64,000 nt of DNA, taken from an uncultured Planctomycetaceae bacterium. Lineage in GTDB: Bacteria > Planctomycetota > Phycisphaerae > SM23-33. Positions 45,261 through 53,703 of this stretch are shown here, piece by piece. Position 1 is the first letter of the stretch, and the number at the start of each line of letters is the position of its first letter. The position numbers and the translations under genes are program-made. The stretch is from assembly GCA_964427875.1 (NCBI GenBank), contig CAYRVX010000028.1, positions 387-64,386 of the forward strand, given 5' to 3'. A model generated the notes under the pieces. It was not told the origin of the DNA, did not search any database, and worked only from the letters and a program-made list of their open reading frames with translations.

Positions 45261-46967
45261 TCAGTCGACGAGAAACGCTTCGATGGCCGCGGCGCAGGCC
45301 GAGACCGCGACCGCCGCACAGCCAGGCGTCGCCCGCACGCCGCCTACCCACGCTTCGGGAGTCTCGCTGAAGTAGGCCTCGCCCGGCTGGTACATCATCC
45401 GGTAACAGAACCGGCGAGCCTCGGTGATCTGCCCGGGGAGCTCCCGCGAACCGGCCGGCGTCGTTCGGCCGGATCGCTTCAACGCCTCGGCCAGGCACAC
45501 GGCTGCCAGAGCGGTGTGCAGAGTGGACGGCGGGGCGCCTGCGACGGTGAAGCCGCCTGCTTCGTCCGGAAGCGCCCCGCTTGCCAACTGGGAGATTCTG
45601 CCGCTGGGGTCCGTTCGGCCGTCGGCCGTCGCAGGCAGCACCGCCCTGACGAGACCGGCGCGGCAGGCCCACAGGCGAGCGGCGAAGTCCGCCGGCCTGA
45701 CTTGCGCGAAGGCCTTGCGCAAGCCCCGGACCCGCACCGCATTTTCCTGGTCTCCGGCCAGTGCCAGCAGTGCGATGTAGAGCCCTTCGGCGGCCTTCGC
45801 CGACCGGCTGGCAGCCGAAGACGGCCCGGCGCGGGCGAGCTCGGCCAGCAGGCCGCGATGGAGCTCCGCGCGGAGGCCGAGCATTGCCTCATCCGGTTCC
45901 ACCTCTGCGATCGCCAGCGCCAGCAGCGCCGTGGCCGCGAGGGTCTCTTCGGGCCGGCCGGCCTCGACCAGCGCCCGGTTCCCGCTTCGCCTGGCCAAGC
46001 TGGACGCGCATTTCGCCGCCGCGGCGGCACTGCGGGCAAACTGCCGGTTCGGATGACGCCCGGCAAGACGGGCCATGGCACAGGTGGCGTAGAGATGATC
46101 CGGCATCGATGCCGGCTGGTCGTCCCGGCAGTACCGGCCGTCCTTCGCCTGGTGCAGCACAAGGTACCTGCCCACCTGTTCGGTGGCGGCTTGCAGCGTG
46201 GGCTCGTCGATCCTCTTGCGGACGGCCAGGTCCTTCCCGCGGAAGAGCTCGACAGTTCGGCCGCCGGGAAAGCCGACGTAGTGTCGGGTCGTGAAGACCG
46301 CCAGTCGCGGCGGCAGAGAGGCGTTCTGCGGCGTGAGACGGTATCGCAGCATCGCGCCCCGCCGCATCTGCTCGGCGTCCAGGCCCAGGACATACCCCCC
46401 CGAGGGGAGCACCCATGCCAAGCCGCCGATCCGGCCCGACTTGCGCGGCGCCGAGGGGGCGGTCGCCGCCGCCCCGGCCGGTTCGCCGCGAGAGTACACC
46501 AAGCCGGTCAGGCCGGGAACGATCGCCGCGGCGAGGTCGGCCCGGTCCACCGGCTGCCGGCCGGAGAGGACCTCCACTTCCACCGTCAGGGCATCGAGGA
46601 CCTTCCGATCAACGCGATCGGGCAGCCTGGGGCTTCGCATCGCGGTCAACGCCGCCGCCAGCATGTTCCGGCAGACGGCCGCGCCGGTTCGCACCTGGAC
46701 GGCCACCACGGCGCCGCGGCTGCGCAGCGTGACGGCCACTGGATCGCTCCGGCCTCGCAGCGCCCGCAACTCGACGGGAATGGGCATCGCCTCGGGGCCT
46801 ATGCGATGCGTCAGATAGCGGTTCATGCCTTCGCGGGCCAGTTGAACAAGGGCCCGGCCTTGAGTGATCGTGAGCTTCGGCAGACTCCGAAGGCCCGTCC
46901 CGTCGGCCCGGGCCATTGGACAACAGAACCACAGCGCGACCAGTGACAGCCTCAGTTGGTTTGCCAT
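45261..46967 (-). CDS. Secreted hypothetical protein, Ala/Arg-rich
   Basis: Signal peptide 'MANQLRLSLVALWFCCPMARA'. 568 aa. No confident domain. Confidence 0.45.
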   Translation of the reverse strand: MANQLRLSLVALWFCCPMARADGTGLRSLPKLTITQGRALVQLAREGMNRYLTHRIGPEAMPIPVELRALRGRSDPVAVTLRSRGAVVAVQVRTGAAVCRNMLAAALTAMRSPRLPDRVDRKVLDALTVEVEVLSGRQPVDRADLAAAIVPGLTGLVYSRGEPAGAAATAPSAPRKSGRIGGLAWVLPSGGYVLGLDAEQMRRGAMLRYRLTPQNASLPPRLAVFTTRHYVGFPGGRTVELFRGKDLAVRKRIDEPTLQAATEQVGRYLVLHQAKDGRYCRDDQPASMPDHLYATCAMARLAGRHPNRQFARSAAAAAKCASSLARRSGNRALVEAGRPEETLAATALLALAIAEVEPDEAMLGLRAELHRGLLAELARAGPSSAASRSAKAAEGLYIALLALAGDQENAVRVRGLRKAFAQVRPADFAARLWACRAGLVRAVLPATADGRTDPSGRISQLASGALPDEAGGFTVAGAPPSTLHTALAAVCLAEALKRSGRTTPAGSRELPGQITEARRFCYRMMYQPGEAYFSETPEAWVGGVRATPGCAAVAVSACAAAIEAFLVD

Positions 46968-47360
46968 GGTGAGGGTTATAGGGCCCCGAGGCGTCGGAGT
47001 AAAGGGCCGAATCGGCCTTCCCGGGCCCTCTGAAAGGCGATGAGCGGCATTTTCCTTTCCTGCGAGGTGATCTGGACGGATGTGTCGTTCTTAAAAGGCT
47101 TTGTGTGTGTTCTCGCCCGGAAGCGGCCCGGGAGCGGAGAGCCAGGCCGCCGAGGCGCCCTGAATGGCCATTTCGGGCGTAAGAGGCGGGATGAAAAGGT
47201 TTTATCTCTCATCACCGGCCATCGCTGCGCTGCGGAGCGCCGACCCGGCCGGCCGCGGCAGGATGGTTTTTTTGTTGCATGTCGCTTTGGGCTGCTTACA
47301 CTTGTCGCGGACGGCAGTTCTGACGATCCTGAACGGCCGGAGGGCTAGAGGACGTCCGAA

Positions 47361-50030
47361 ATGGCGAACGTCACATACGACGACCGCAGTTTAATGGTGG
47401 ATGGCGAACGGATCTGGCTAGTCAGCGGCTCGATGCACTACTTCCGCCTTCCGTCGGCCTTGTGGAGAGATCGGCTGCTGAAGGCCAAGCGCGGAGGCCT
47501 GAACTGCATCTCCACGTACGTGGCCTGGAACTACCATGAGCCGGTCGAGGGCCAGTGGGAGACCTCCGGCGACAGAGACGTGGCGGCTTTCGTTCGTCTT
47601 GCGGAGGAGCTGGGTCTCTACGTGATCCTCCGTCCCGGCCCGTATATCTGCGCCGACTGGGATTTCGGGGGGCTGCCTTCCTGGTTGACGAGCAAGACCG
47701 GCGTGGTGTACCGCACCAGCAGTGCCGCATACAGCCACTATTTCGACAAGTACTTCCGACAGATGCTGCCGCAACTGGCCGACCAGCAGGTCAGCCGCGG
47801 CGGCAACATCATCCTGATTCAGAACGAAAACGGCTACTACATGACCACGATGCCGGATCGCCTGAATCACCTGGAGTTCATCAGCCAGTTGTTCAGGCGA
47901 AGCGGCTTTGAAATCCCCATCATCAACTGCAATCAGTTCTCCGATCCGCCCTTGCCGGACAGCATCGAGTGCGTTTGCGGCGGCCAGGACACGGTCCAGC
48001 GGCTCAAGCGCCTGCGTCTGCGCCAGTCGGGCGCGCCGCAGATGGCCATCGAGTTCTATACCGGCCGATTCGATGCCTGGGGCGGCGAGCATCATACCGC
48101 CGACGCCCGCGACACGGCCCGCAGGGCCATGGAGATCCTCGGCTGCGGCTCTCAGCTCAACTACTACATGTACCACGGCGGGACGAACTTCGGCTTCTGG
48201 GGCAGCCGCCTGAGCGACTCGGATGCCTCCTACGAGACCACCAGCTATGACTACGACGCCCCGCTGGCCGAAGGCGGCGGGCTCACCGAGAAGTACTACC
48301 TGACCCGCCTGGCAAATATGCTCGGGAACTACATGGGCCCGTTCCTGGCCCCCTGCATTGCGCCGATGCCGGCCGTCACCGTGCACGACTCGACGGCCGT
48401 GATGACTCTTACCGGTCCGGCGGGGTCGTGGGCGTTTGCGACCAACAACGGCCGCAGCGAGATCGATACGGCGCGGATCTGCCTGCCGCGAGGCGGGGAG
48501 CTGACGATTCCCCTGGGGACCCTCGGTGCCGCGGCAGTGCCGTTTGACCTGCAATTGGGGCCGAACAGGATGCTCGAGCGGGCCAACCTGACGCCGCTGG
48601 GTCTCTTCGGCGACAGCGTGTTGGTGTTTCACGGTCCCCCCGGCTGGAAGGCATGTATTCGGATCAACGGCCGGGAGCTTCGCGCCGCGGTGCCCGCGGG
48701 CGACGAGCCCGTGATCATCGAATTCGAGGATCTCCGGGTCGTGCTGGTAAGCAGTGATCTCGCCACGCGGACCTGGTTTGTGGAAGATACGCTCGTGTTC
48801 GGGCCGAGCTTCGTCGGCGAGACCCTGGAGGATATCAGGCACCATCGCGGCGCAAGGCAATGCGCCCTGCTGCCGCTGGGAGGCAAGCTGACGCACAGGA
48901 AGGCGGCCCCCGGCGGCAGGTCCTCCGCCCGGGCGGCGCCGAAGCTGAAGCCCTGGAAACGCGTCAGCGTATGCACCGAGCCTGTTTCCGCCGATCTCGA
49001 GTGGCAGCCGGTGGAGAGGCCTTGCGACGCCGACAAGCTCGGCGTCCACCACGGCTACATCTGGCACCGGCTGGAGTGGTCTGAGCCGAAGGCCCACAAA
49101 CGCAACCTGTTCCTGCCGGACTGCGAGGACCGCGCGACGGTCTACCTCAACGGCTCCCTGCTGGGAATATGGGGCCGAAGTGAGGACGCCTCCCGCCAGC
49201 CCATGCCCGCCTCCGTCAAGCGGGACCGGAACGTCCTGATCCTGCTGGTGGACAACCTCGGCCGAGTCGCTTCCGGCTGGCGATTGGGCGGAGCGAAGGG
49301 CCTGTTCGGCCACGTGTACGACGCCAAGGGCCTGCGGATTCGCCGGCCGAAACTCAAGCAACTGGAGAAGTTCCCGCGACGGATCGTGCCGCGAGGGCTG
49401 TCCCACCTCATCGACTCGCTGGAGTCCCTGCCTGTCTGGTCGCTGGACGTGGACCTTTCGCTGTCGGAAGTCTCGCCCGTGCACCTGTCGTTCACCGACG
49501 TGCCGTATCACGTGGCGGTGCTCTGCAACGACCGGACGGTGGGCTTCTTCCCCTGCAACGGGCGGAACTTCGGCGACCTCACTCTCGCCGCCGGCCTCCG
49601 GAAGGGCAAGAACCTCCTGCGACTGCTGATATGGGGAGACGTCGAGGCGAGTGTGGCGGAGAAGATCCAGTTCCACAGCCTCCTGAGCGCGATCTCCCAG
49701 GAGGCGACCGGGAGCTATCGGACGTGGCAGATGCCCACTCCCGGCGGACCCGTCGTCGGCAAGGACCAGCCGGCCTGGTACGCCTCGCGTTTCACGTATC
49801 AGCCGCAGGATCGCCCGCTGTTCGCACACATCGCCGGCGCGAGAAAGGGGCAGTTGTTCATCAACGGCCGCAACGCCGGACGATTCTGGACCGTCGGCCC
49901 TCAGCAGTACTACTACCTTCCGGAGTGCTGGCTGGCAGAAGACAACGAGCTGCTTCTCTTCGTCGAGCAGGGCGACCTGCCGCGTCGGACGCGCCTGGAG
50001 TTTCGTCCGCTCGGCCCGTACCGCGAGTAG
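47361..50030 (+). CDS. Glycoside hydrolase family 35 beta-galactosidase
   Basis: 'VSGSMHYFRLP...LNCISTYVAWNYHEP...DWDFGGLP' and 'IILIQNENGYY', which carries the catalytic acid/base NEN motif. 889 aa. Confidence 0.85.
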   Translation: MANVTYDDRSLMVDGERIWLVSGSMHYFRLPSALWRDRLLKAKRGGLNCISTYVAWNYHEPVEGQWETSGDRDVAAFVRLAEELGLYVILRPGPYICADWDFGGLPSWLTSKTGVVYRTSSAAYSHYFDKYFRQMLPQLADQQVSRGGNIILIQNENGYYMTTMPDRLNHLEFISQLFRRSGFEIPIINCNQFSDPPLPDSIECVCGGQDTVQRLKRLRLRQSGAPQMAIEFYTGRFDAWGGEHHTADARDTARRAMEILGCGSQLNYYMYHGGTNFGFWGSRLSDSDASYETTSYDYDAPLAEGGGLTEKYYLTRLANMLGNYMGPFLAPCIAPMPAVTVHDSTAVMTLTGPAGSWAFATNNGRSEIDTARICLPRGGELTIPLGTLGAAAVPFDLQLGPNRMLERANLTPLGLFGDSVLVFHGPPGWKACIRINGRELRAAVPAGDEPVIIEFEDLRVVLVSSDLATRTWFVEDTLVFGPSFVGETLEDIRHHRGARQCALLPLGGKLTHRKAAPGGRSSARAAPKLKPWKRVSVCTEPVSADLEWQPVERPCDADKLGVHHGYIWHRLEWSEPKAHKRNLFLPDCEDRATVYLNGSLLGIWGRSEDASRQPMPASVKRDRNVLILLVDNLGRVASGWRLGGAKGLFGHVYDAKGLRIRRPKLKQLEKFPRRIVPRGLSHLIDSLESLPVWSLDVDLSLSEVSPVHLSFTDVPYHVAVLCNDRTVGFFPCNGRNFGDLTLAAGLRKGKNLLRLLIWGDVEASVAEKIQFHSLLSAISQEATGSYRTWQMPTPGGPVVGKDQPAWYASRFTYQPQDRPLFAHIAGARKGQLFINGRNAGRFWTVGPQQYYYLPECWLAEDNELLLFVEQGDLPRRTRLEFRPLGPYRE

Positions 50031-50247
50031 AGGCTCACCGAGCGACGGCAGCGGTCCGGCCGAGGGGGCGACAGAACCGCCGCGGCTTTTCGCTTGAACT
50101 TCTGCGGAATTTTTGCTTGCTTGCCGTGATTCCGTCAACTAGGATAAGTTGCGGTGGCAGGATGGTTTCCTGCATTTCTTCGTCCGGGATCGACTAACGG
50201 ACCCGTTTTCATAACCGTCAAGCCGCGTCGTTGTGAAAGGGATCTTA

Positions 50248-50562
50248 ATGGCTACCGTGACCAAGAAGGAACTGGTGGACCGCATCGCCGACCAGACCGA
50301 CACCAAGCGGGTGGTCGTCAAGAAGATTGTCCAGGGCTTCCTCAATGAGATCATCAACGAGCTCGGCCGGGGCAATCGTCTTGAGTTTCGGGACTTCGGC
50401 GTCTTCGAGACGAAGGAGCGAGCCGCCCGCATCGCGCAGAACCCCAAGACGCTCCAGCGCGTCGAGGTCCCGCCGAAGAGGACGGTGAAGTTCAAGGTCG
50501 GCCGCCTTATGAAGATCAAGCTACAGGAAGGCTTGGCGAGAGATCAGGGCCTCCTGCCGTGA
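50248..50562 (+). CDS. HU/IHF-family DNA-binding protein
   Basis: 'MATVTKKELVDRIA..' plus 'RDFGVFETKERAARIAQNPKT...VPPKRTVKFK'. RBS AAGGGA 8 nt upstream. AT-richer leader. Confidence 0.8.
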   Translation: MATVTKKELVDRIADQTDTKRVVVKKIVQGFLNEIINELGRGNRLEFRDFGVFETKERAARIAQNPKTLQRVEVPPKRTVKFKVGRLMKIKLQEGLARDQGLLP

Positions 50563-50675
50563 GGCACTGCTCATCCCGCGCCTCCCGTGGTGTGAGCCTT
50601 TAACCGGACGTCCAGACCACCCCGGATACGCTGCTTACCGGCCCCGACGACCTCGCGAGAGGAACCCTACACACC

Positions 50676-50700
50676 GTCGCGGCGGAAACGCCCGCGACGG
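50676..50700 (+). promoter_or_regulatory. 8-bp stem / 9-nt loop hairpin (cgtcgcgg-cggaaacgc-ccgcgacg) about 20 nt upstream of the pduS-like start
   Basis: Read directly from the sequence. Function unknown. Confidence 0.25.
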
Positions 50701-50719
50701 CACTGATATACCAAGCGCC

Positions 50720-52051
50720 ATGGGCAGGGCGACGATCGAACAGATTGCTGCCGCCGGTGTTGTGGGCGCCGGGGGGGCCGGGTTTCCCACGCACGTCAAG
50801 CTCTCCGCCGAGGCCGACACCGTCCTGATCAACGCGGCCGAATGCGAGCCCCTGCTGCACAAGGACAAGGAGATCCTGCGCAGCTTCCCCGACGAGGTGC
50901 TCGCCGGGCTGGCGATCGCCATCGAGCTCCTCGGCGCCGAACGGGGAATCGTGGGCGTCAAGGCCAAGTACGCCGGCGTCATCGAAACGCTTCGCGGCAA
51001 GCTCGCGGGCAACATGGACGTCGCGCCCCTCCGCGACGCCTACCCCGCCGGCGACGAGCTCATTCTCGTCTACGACGTCCTCGGGCGCGTCGTCCCGCCG
51101 GGCGGCATCCCCCTGCACGTGGGCGCGGTGGTCATGAACGTGGAGACGGCCTTGAACGTGGCCGGCGCCGCCGACGGCCCCGTCACAAGGACGTTTCTGA
51201 CGGTCGCCGGGGCCGTCGCCAGCCCGGTAACGCTCCGCGTGCCGGTGGGCGCGTCGATCTCCGCGTGCGTGGCCGCCGCGGGCGGGCCCACGTGCCCGAC
51301 GCCCAATTACCTCGTCGGCGGCGTGATGATGGGCTACCTCGAAGACGACCACGACGCGCCCGTGGACAAGACCACCGGGGGCATCGTCGTCCTGCCGGAC
51401 GAGCACGTGGTCGTCCGCCGGCGCCGGCAGGACTGGAAGCAGATCGCCCGCATCGGCCGCAGCGCCTGCGACCAGTGCAGCTTCTGCACCGAGTTGTGCC
51501 CGCGCTGGCTGCTGGGTCACCCGATCGAGCCGCACCGGGCCATGCGGTCGCTGGGGTTCAATCTCGTCGGCGAGGCGAACGTGCGCGGCACGGCCTACTG
51601 CTGCGAGTGCAACCTGTGCAGCCTCTACTCCTGCCCGGAGGACCTCGACCCGAAGAACGTCTGCACGCAGAACAAGCGGCGGCTGGCCGCCGAGGGCGCC
51701 GCGTGGCAGGACCCGCCGTTCAACGAGCGCCGAGCCGAGCTGCACCTGAACGACCGCAAGGCCCCCATGAGGCGGCTGATGCAGAAGCTCGGCCTGACGG
51801 GCTTCGACAACGTCGGCCCGCTGGTTGACGCGGACGTCGCGGCCGAGAGGGTCGGCATCAGGCTCAAGCAGCACGTCGGCGCCCCGTGCGAGCCGGCGGT
51901 TCAGGTCGGCCGGAAGGTCGCCGAGGGCGACGTGGTCGCCCGGCCGCCCGTCATCGACGGCAAGCCCGCGCTCGGCGCGGCGGTTCACGCGTCGATCGAC
52001 GGCGAAGTCGCCGCCATCGAAGACGGCATCGTGTGGATCGAGAAGAGATAG
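50720..52051 (+). CDS. pduS: PduS-like cobalamin reductase / RnfC-family flavoprotein with two [4Fe-4S] clusters
   Basis: N-terminal 'GVVGAGGAGFPTHVKL' (RnfC/PduS NAD(H)-binding signature), SLBB-type middle, 'CDQCSFCTELCP' and 'CCECNLCSLYSCP' clusters. 443 aa. Confidence 0.75.
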   Translation: MGRATIEQIAAAGVVGAGGAGFPTHVKLSAEADTVLINAAECEPLLHKDKEILRSFPDEVLAGLAIAIELLGAERGIVGVKAKYAGVIETLRGKLAGNMDVAPLRDAYPAGDELILVYDVLGRVVPPGGIPLHVGAVVMNVETALNVAGAADGPVTRTFLTVAGAVASPVTLRVPVGASISACVAAAGGPTCPTPNYLVGGVMMGYLEDDHDAPVDKTTGGIVVLPDEHVVVRRRRQDWKQIARIGRSACDQCSFCTELCPRWLLGHPIEPHRAMRSLGFNLVGEANVRGTAYCCECNLCSLYSCPEDLDPKNVCTQNKRRLAAEGAAWQDPPFNERRAELHLNDRKAPMRRLMQKLGLTGFDNVGPLVDADVAAERVGIRLKQHVGAPCEPAVQVGRKVAEGDVVARPPVIDGKPALGAAVHASIDGEVAAIEDGIVWIEKR

Positions 52052-52074
52052 CCCCAACAGGACGGTCCGAGCAA

Positions 52075-52635
52075 ATGGCTACACCGAGATCGATTGGCGC
52101 GATCGAGCTTTCCAGCGTGGCGGTGGGCTACCGGGTCCAGGACGCCATGCTCGACGCCGCGGCCGTGGAAATCCTCATCGCCAGGACGATCTGCTCCGGC
52201 AAGTACTTCATCGTCGTCGGCGGTTCGGTCAGCGACGTGAAGGCCGCCGTCGCCGCGGCCCTTCGGGCCGGCGACGAGGCCGTCATCGACCACCTCGTGA
52301 TCCCCAACGTGCACGAGTCGGTCTTCCCCGCGCTTGGCCAGTCGGTCGTGATCGACGAGGACGAGGTCGGCGCGCTCGGCGTGGTGGAGACGTTCAGCGG
52401 CGTGAGCATCGTTGCCGCCGCCGACGCCGCCGCCAAGGCCGCCCGCGTCAAGCTGTTCCGCATCCACGTGGCCATGGCGCTGGGGGGCAAGGGCTTCTGC
52501 CTGATGACCGGCACCGTCGCCGACTGCCGCGCCGGCGTAGCCGCCGCCGCCGCCGAGGCCCGCCAGCGCGGCCTGCTCGTCGCCGAAGTCGTCATCCCCC
52601 GCCCCAACCGAGAACTGTTCAGCGAGTATATCTGA
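52075..52635 (+). CDS. pduT: PduT-like tandem-BMC-domain (BMC-T) microcompartment shell protein with the conserved Fe-S-ligand Cys
   Basis: Two BMC domains. 'IGAIELSSVAVGYRVQDAMLDAAAVEILIARTICSGKYFIVVGG' parallels Salmonella PduT '[44 protein letters not shown]'. C-terminal 'VIPRPNRELF' matches 'VIPRPHEAMW'. Confidence 0.8.
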   Translation: MATPRSIGAIELSSVAVGYRVQDAMLDAAAVEILIARTICSGKYFIVVGGSVSDVKAAVAAALRAGDEAVIDHLVIPNVHESVFPALGQSVVIDEDEVGALGVVETFSGVSIVAAADAAAKAARVKLFRIHVAMALGGKGFCLMTGTVADCRAGVAAAAAEARQRGLLVAEVVIPRPNRELFSEYI

Positions 52636-52707
52636 GGACGTTTCGCCGCTGCACCTGGGAATGGCCGGTCCGGGGAAATGAGGTATAATACGGGGCAGGG
52701 ACCGACA

Positions 52708-53196
52708 ATGCGCAAGCTGCACCTATACATCGAGACGTCCGTCTGGTCGCACTGGTACGCAGATGACACGCCCGAGCGGCGAGATGAGACAAGAGCCTTC
52801 CTCCGACGGTGTGCCGCTGCGCCGGATGACGTCGTCCTATACATAAGTCGCGCCGTTCTCGACGAGCTCGCGGCGACACCTGCAGAGCGAGGTGAGCAAT
52901 TGCTGGGGCTTGTGACGGAGTTCGATCCTGTTGTAGTCGAAAGCAGCAGCGAGGCGGATGATCTGGCAGCAGCGTACCTATCCCACGGCGCCATGCCCCC
53001 GGGCTCGCTTGTGGACGCCATGCACGCTGCTCTTGCGACCGTCCACGGCGTGGACGTGCTGGTGAGCTGGAACTGCCGTCACCTGGCCAATCTGTCTCGC
53101 AGGCGCAAGATCAACGCGGTGAACGCGGTCATGGGATATGCCGGCAACTTGGACATACTGACACCAATGGAGATCTTCGAAGATGCCCATCAGTGA
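52708..53196 (+). CDS. PIN-domain (VapC-like) ribonuclease toxin candidate
   Basis: 'KLHLYIETSVW' (acidic residue 1 at the strand end), 'LVDAMHAALA' (third Asp), 'SWNCRHLANL' (NxRHF-type C-terminal motif). RBS AGGGA. 162 aa. Confidence 0.6.
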   Translation: MRKLHLYIETSVWSHWYADDTPERRDETRAFLRRCAAAPDDVVLYISRAVLDELAATPAERGEQLLGLVTEFDPVVVESSSEADDLAAAYLSHGAMPPGSLVDAMHAALATVHGVDVLVSWNCRHLANLSRRRKINAVNAVMGYAGNLDILTPMEIFEDAHQ

Positions 53197-53389
53197 AGTA
53201 CAGCGCGAGGTCTGGCGAATCCGAAAGGAGCTGGACCGGAGGCTCGCGAAGATGACTCCCGAGCAGCGAACGGCACACTTCCGCGGGGTCTTCGACCGCA
53301 TCGAGGCCAAGTTCGGAATGAGGCTGAAGCTGAGACGGGCCCAGCCGGGGCAGCGGAGCCCCATCATCGCGGACCCTCCTCAGGAATAG
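53183..53389 (+). CDS. Small conserved protein, paralog 1 (candidate antitoxin/partner of the PIN protein)
   Basis: 68 aa. Overlaps the PIN stop by 14 nt. 'EVWRIRKELDRRLAKMTPEQ...KFGMRLKLR' shares about 45% identity with paralog 2. Confidence 0.5.
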   Translation: MPISEVQREVWRIRKELDRRLAKMTPEQRTAHFRGVFDRIEAKFGMRLKLRRAQPGQRSPIIADPPQE

Positions 53390-53505
53390 CCGCGCAGTAT
53401 CGGCGCGGCCGAGCTCTCCGACCGGCGGTCCTGTGCGGCGGGTCATCGTCTGGCAGGACAACGCGGCAAATGGATCAGCCGGACACCCAGATCGCTTGAC
53501 TGACG

Positions 53506-53703
53506 ATGAGCTACAGCAAGAGACAGATTGAGGTCTGGAAGGCCAGAGAGGAACTCGACAGGAAGCTGGCCGACATGACGCCACAGGAGATCATCGAGTA
53601 CGCCGATGGGGCCCTGGAACGTGCGCGTGCCCGGACCGGGAGACAACTGAAGCTGAGGGTCGCCGATGCCTCCCCGGACACAGCAGTCGAGGCGAATCAG
53701 TAG
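53506..53703 (+). CDS. Small conserved protein, paralog 2 (candidate antitoxin/partner of the HEPN protein)
   Basis: 65 aa. 'EVWKAREELDRKLADMTPQE...RTGRQLKLR'. Its stop TAG overlaps the GTG start of the next gene (TAGTG). Confidence 0.5.
   Translation: MSYSKRQIEVWKAREELDRKLADMTPQEIIEYADGALERARARTGRQLKLRVADASPDTAVEANQ

Noticed and set aside
42807-50030. Sulfatase / GH35 / hypothetical-protein stretch as a novel system
   Set aside because: TAT-secreted sulfatases, Gfo/Idh/MocA oxidoreductases, DUF4838 and GH35 enzymes are the ordinary sulfated-glycan degradation complement of Planctomycetota-like genomes. Nothing here departs from that.
47418-50138. 906-aa ORF on the - strand
   Set aside because: Antisense to the GH35 beta-galactosidase gene, which has clear family motifs. 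No motifs of its own.
50563-50719. Possible cobalamin riboswitch upstream of the pduS-like gene
   Set aside because: The 157-nt leader contains 'ggcactg' twice, but not the canonical GCCACUG B12 box or the GGUG/GGGAAGG elements. It is too short for the full aptamer. Only a simple 8-bp hairpin is supported.
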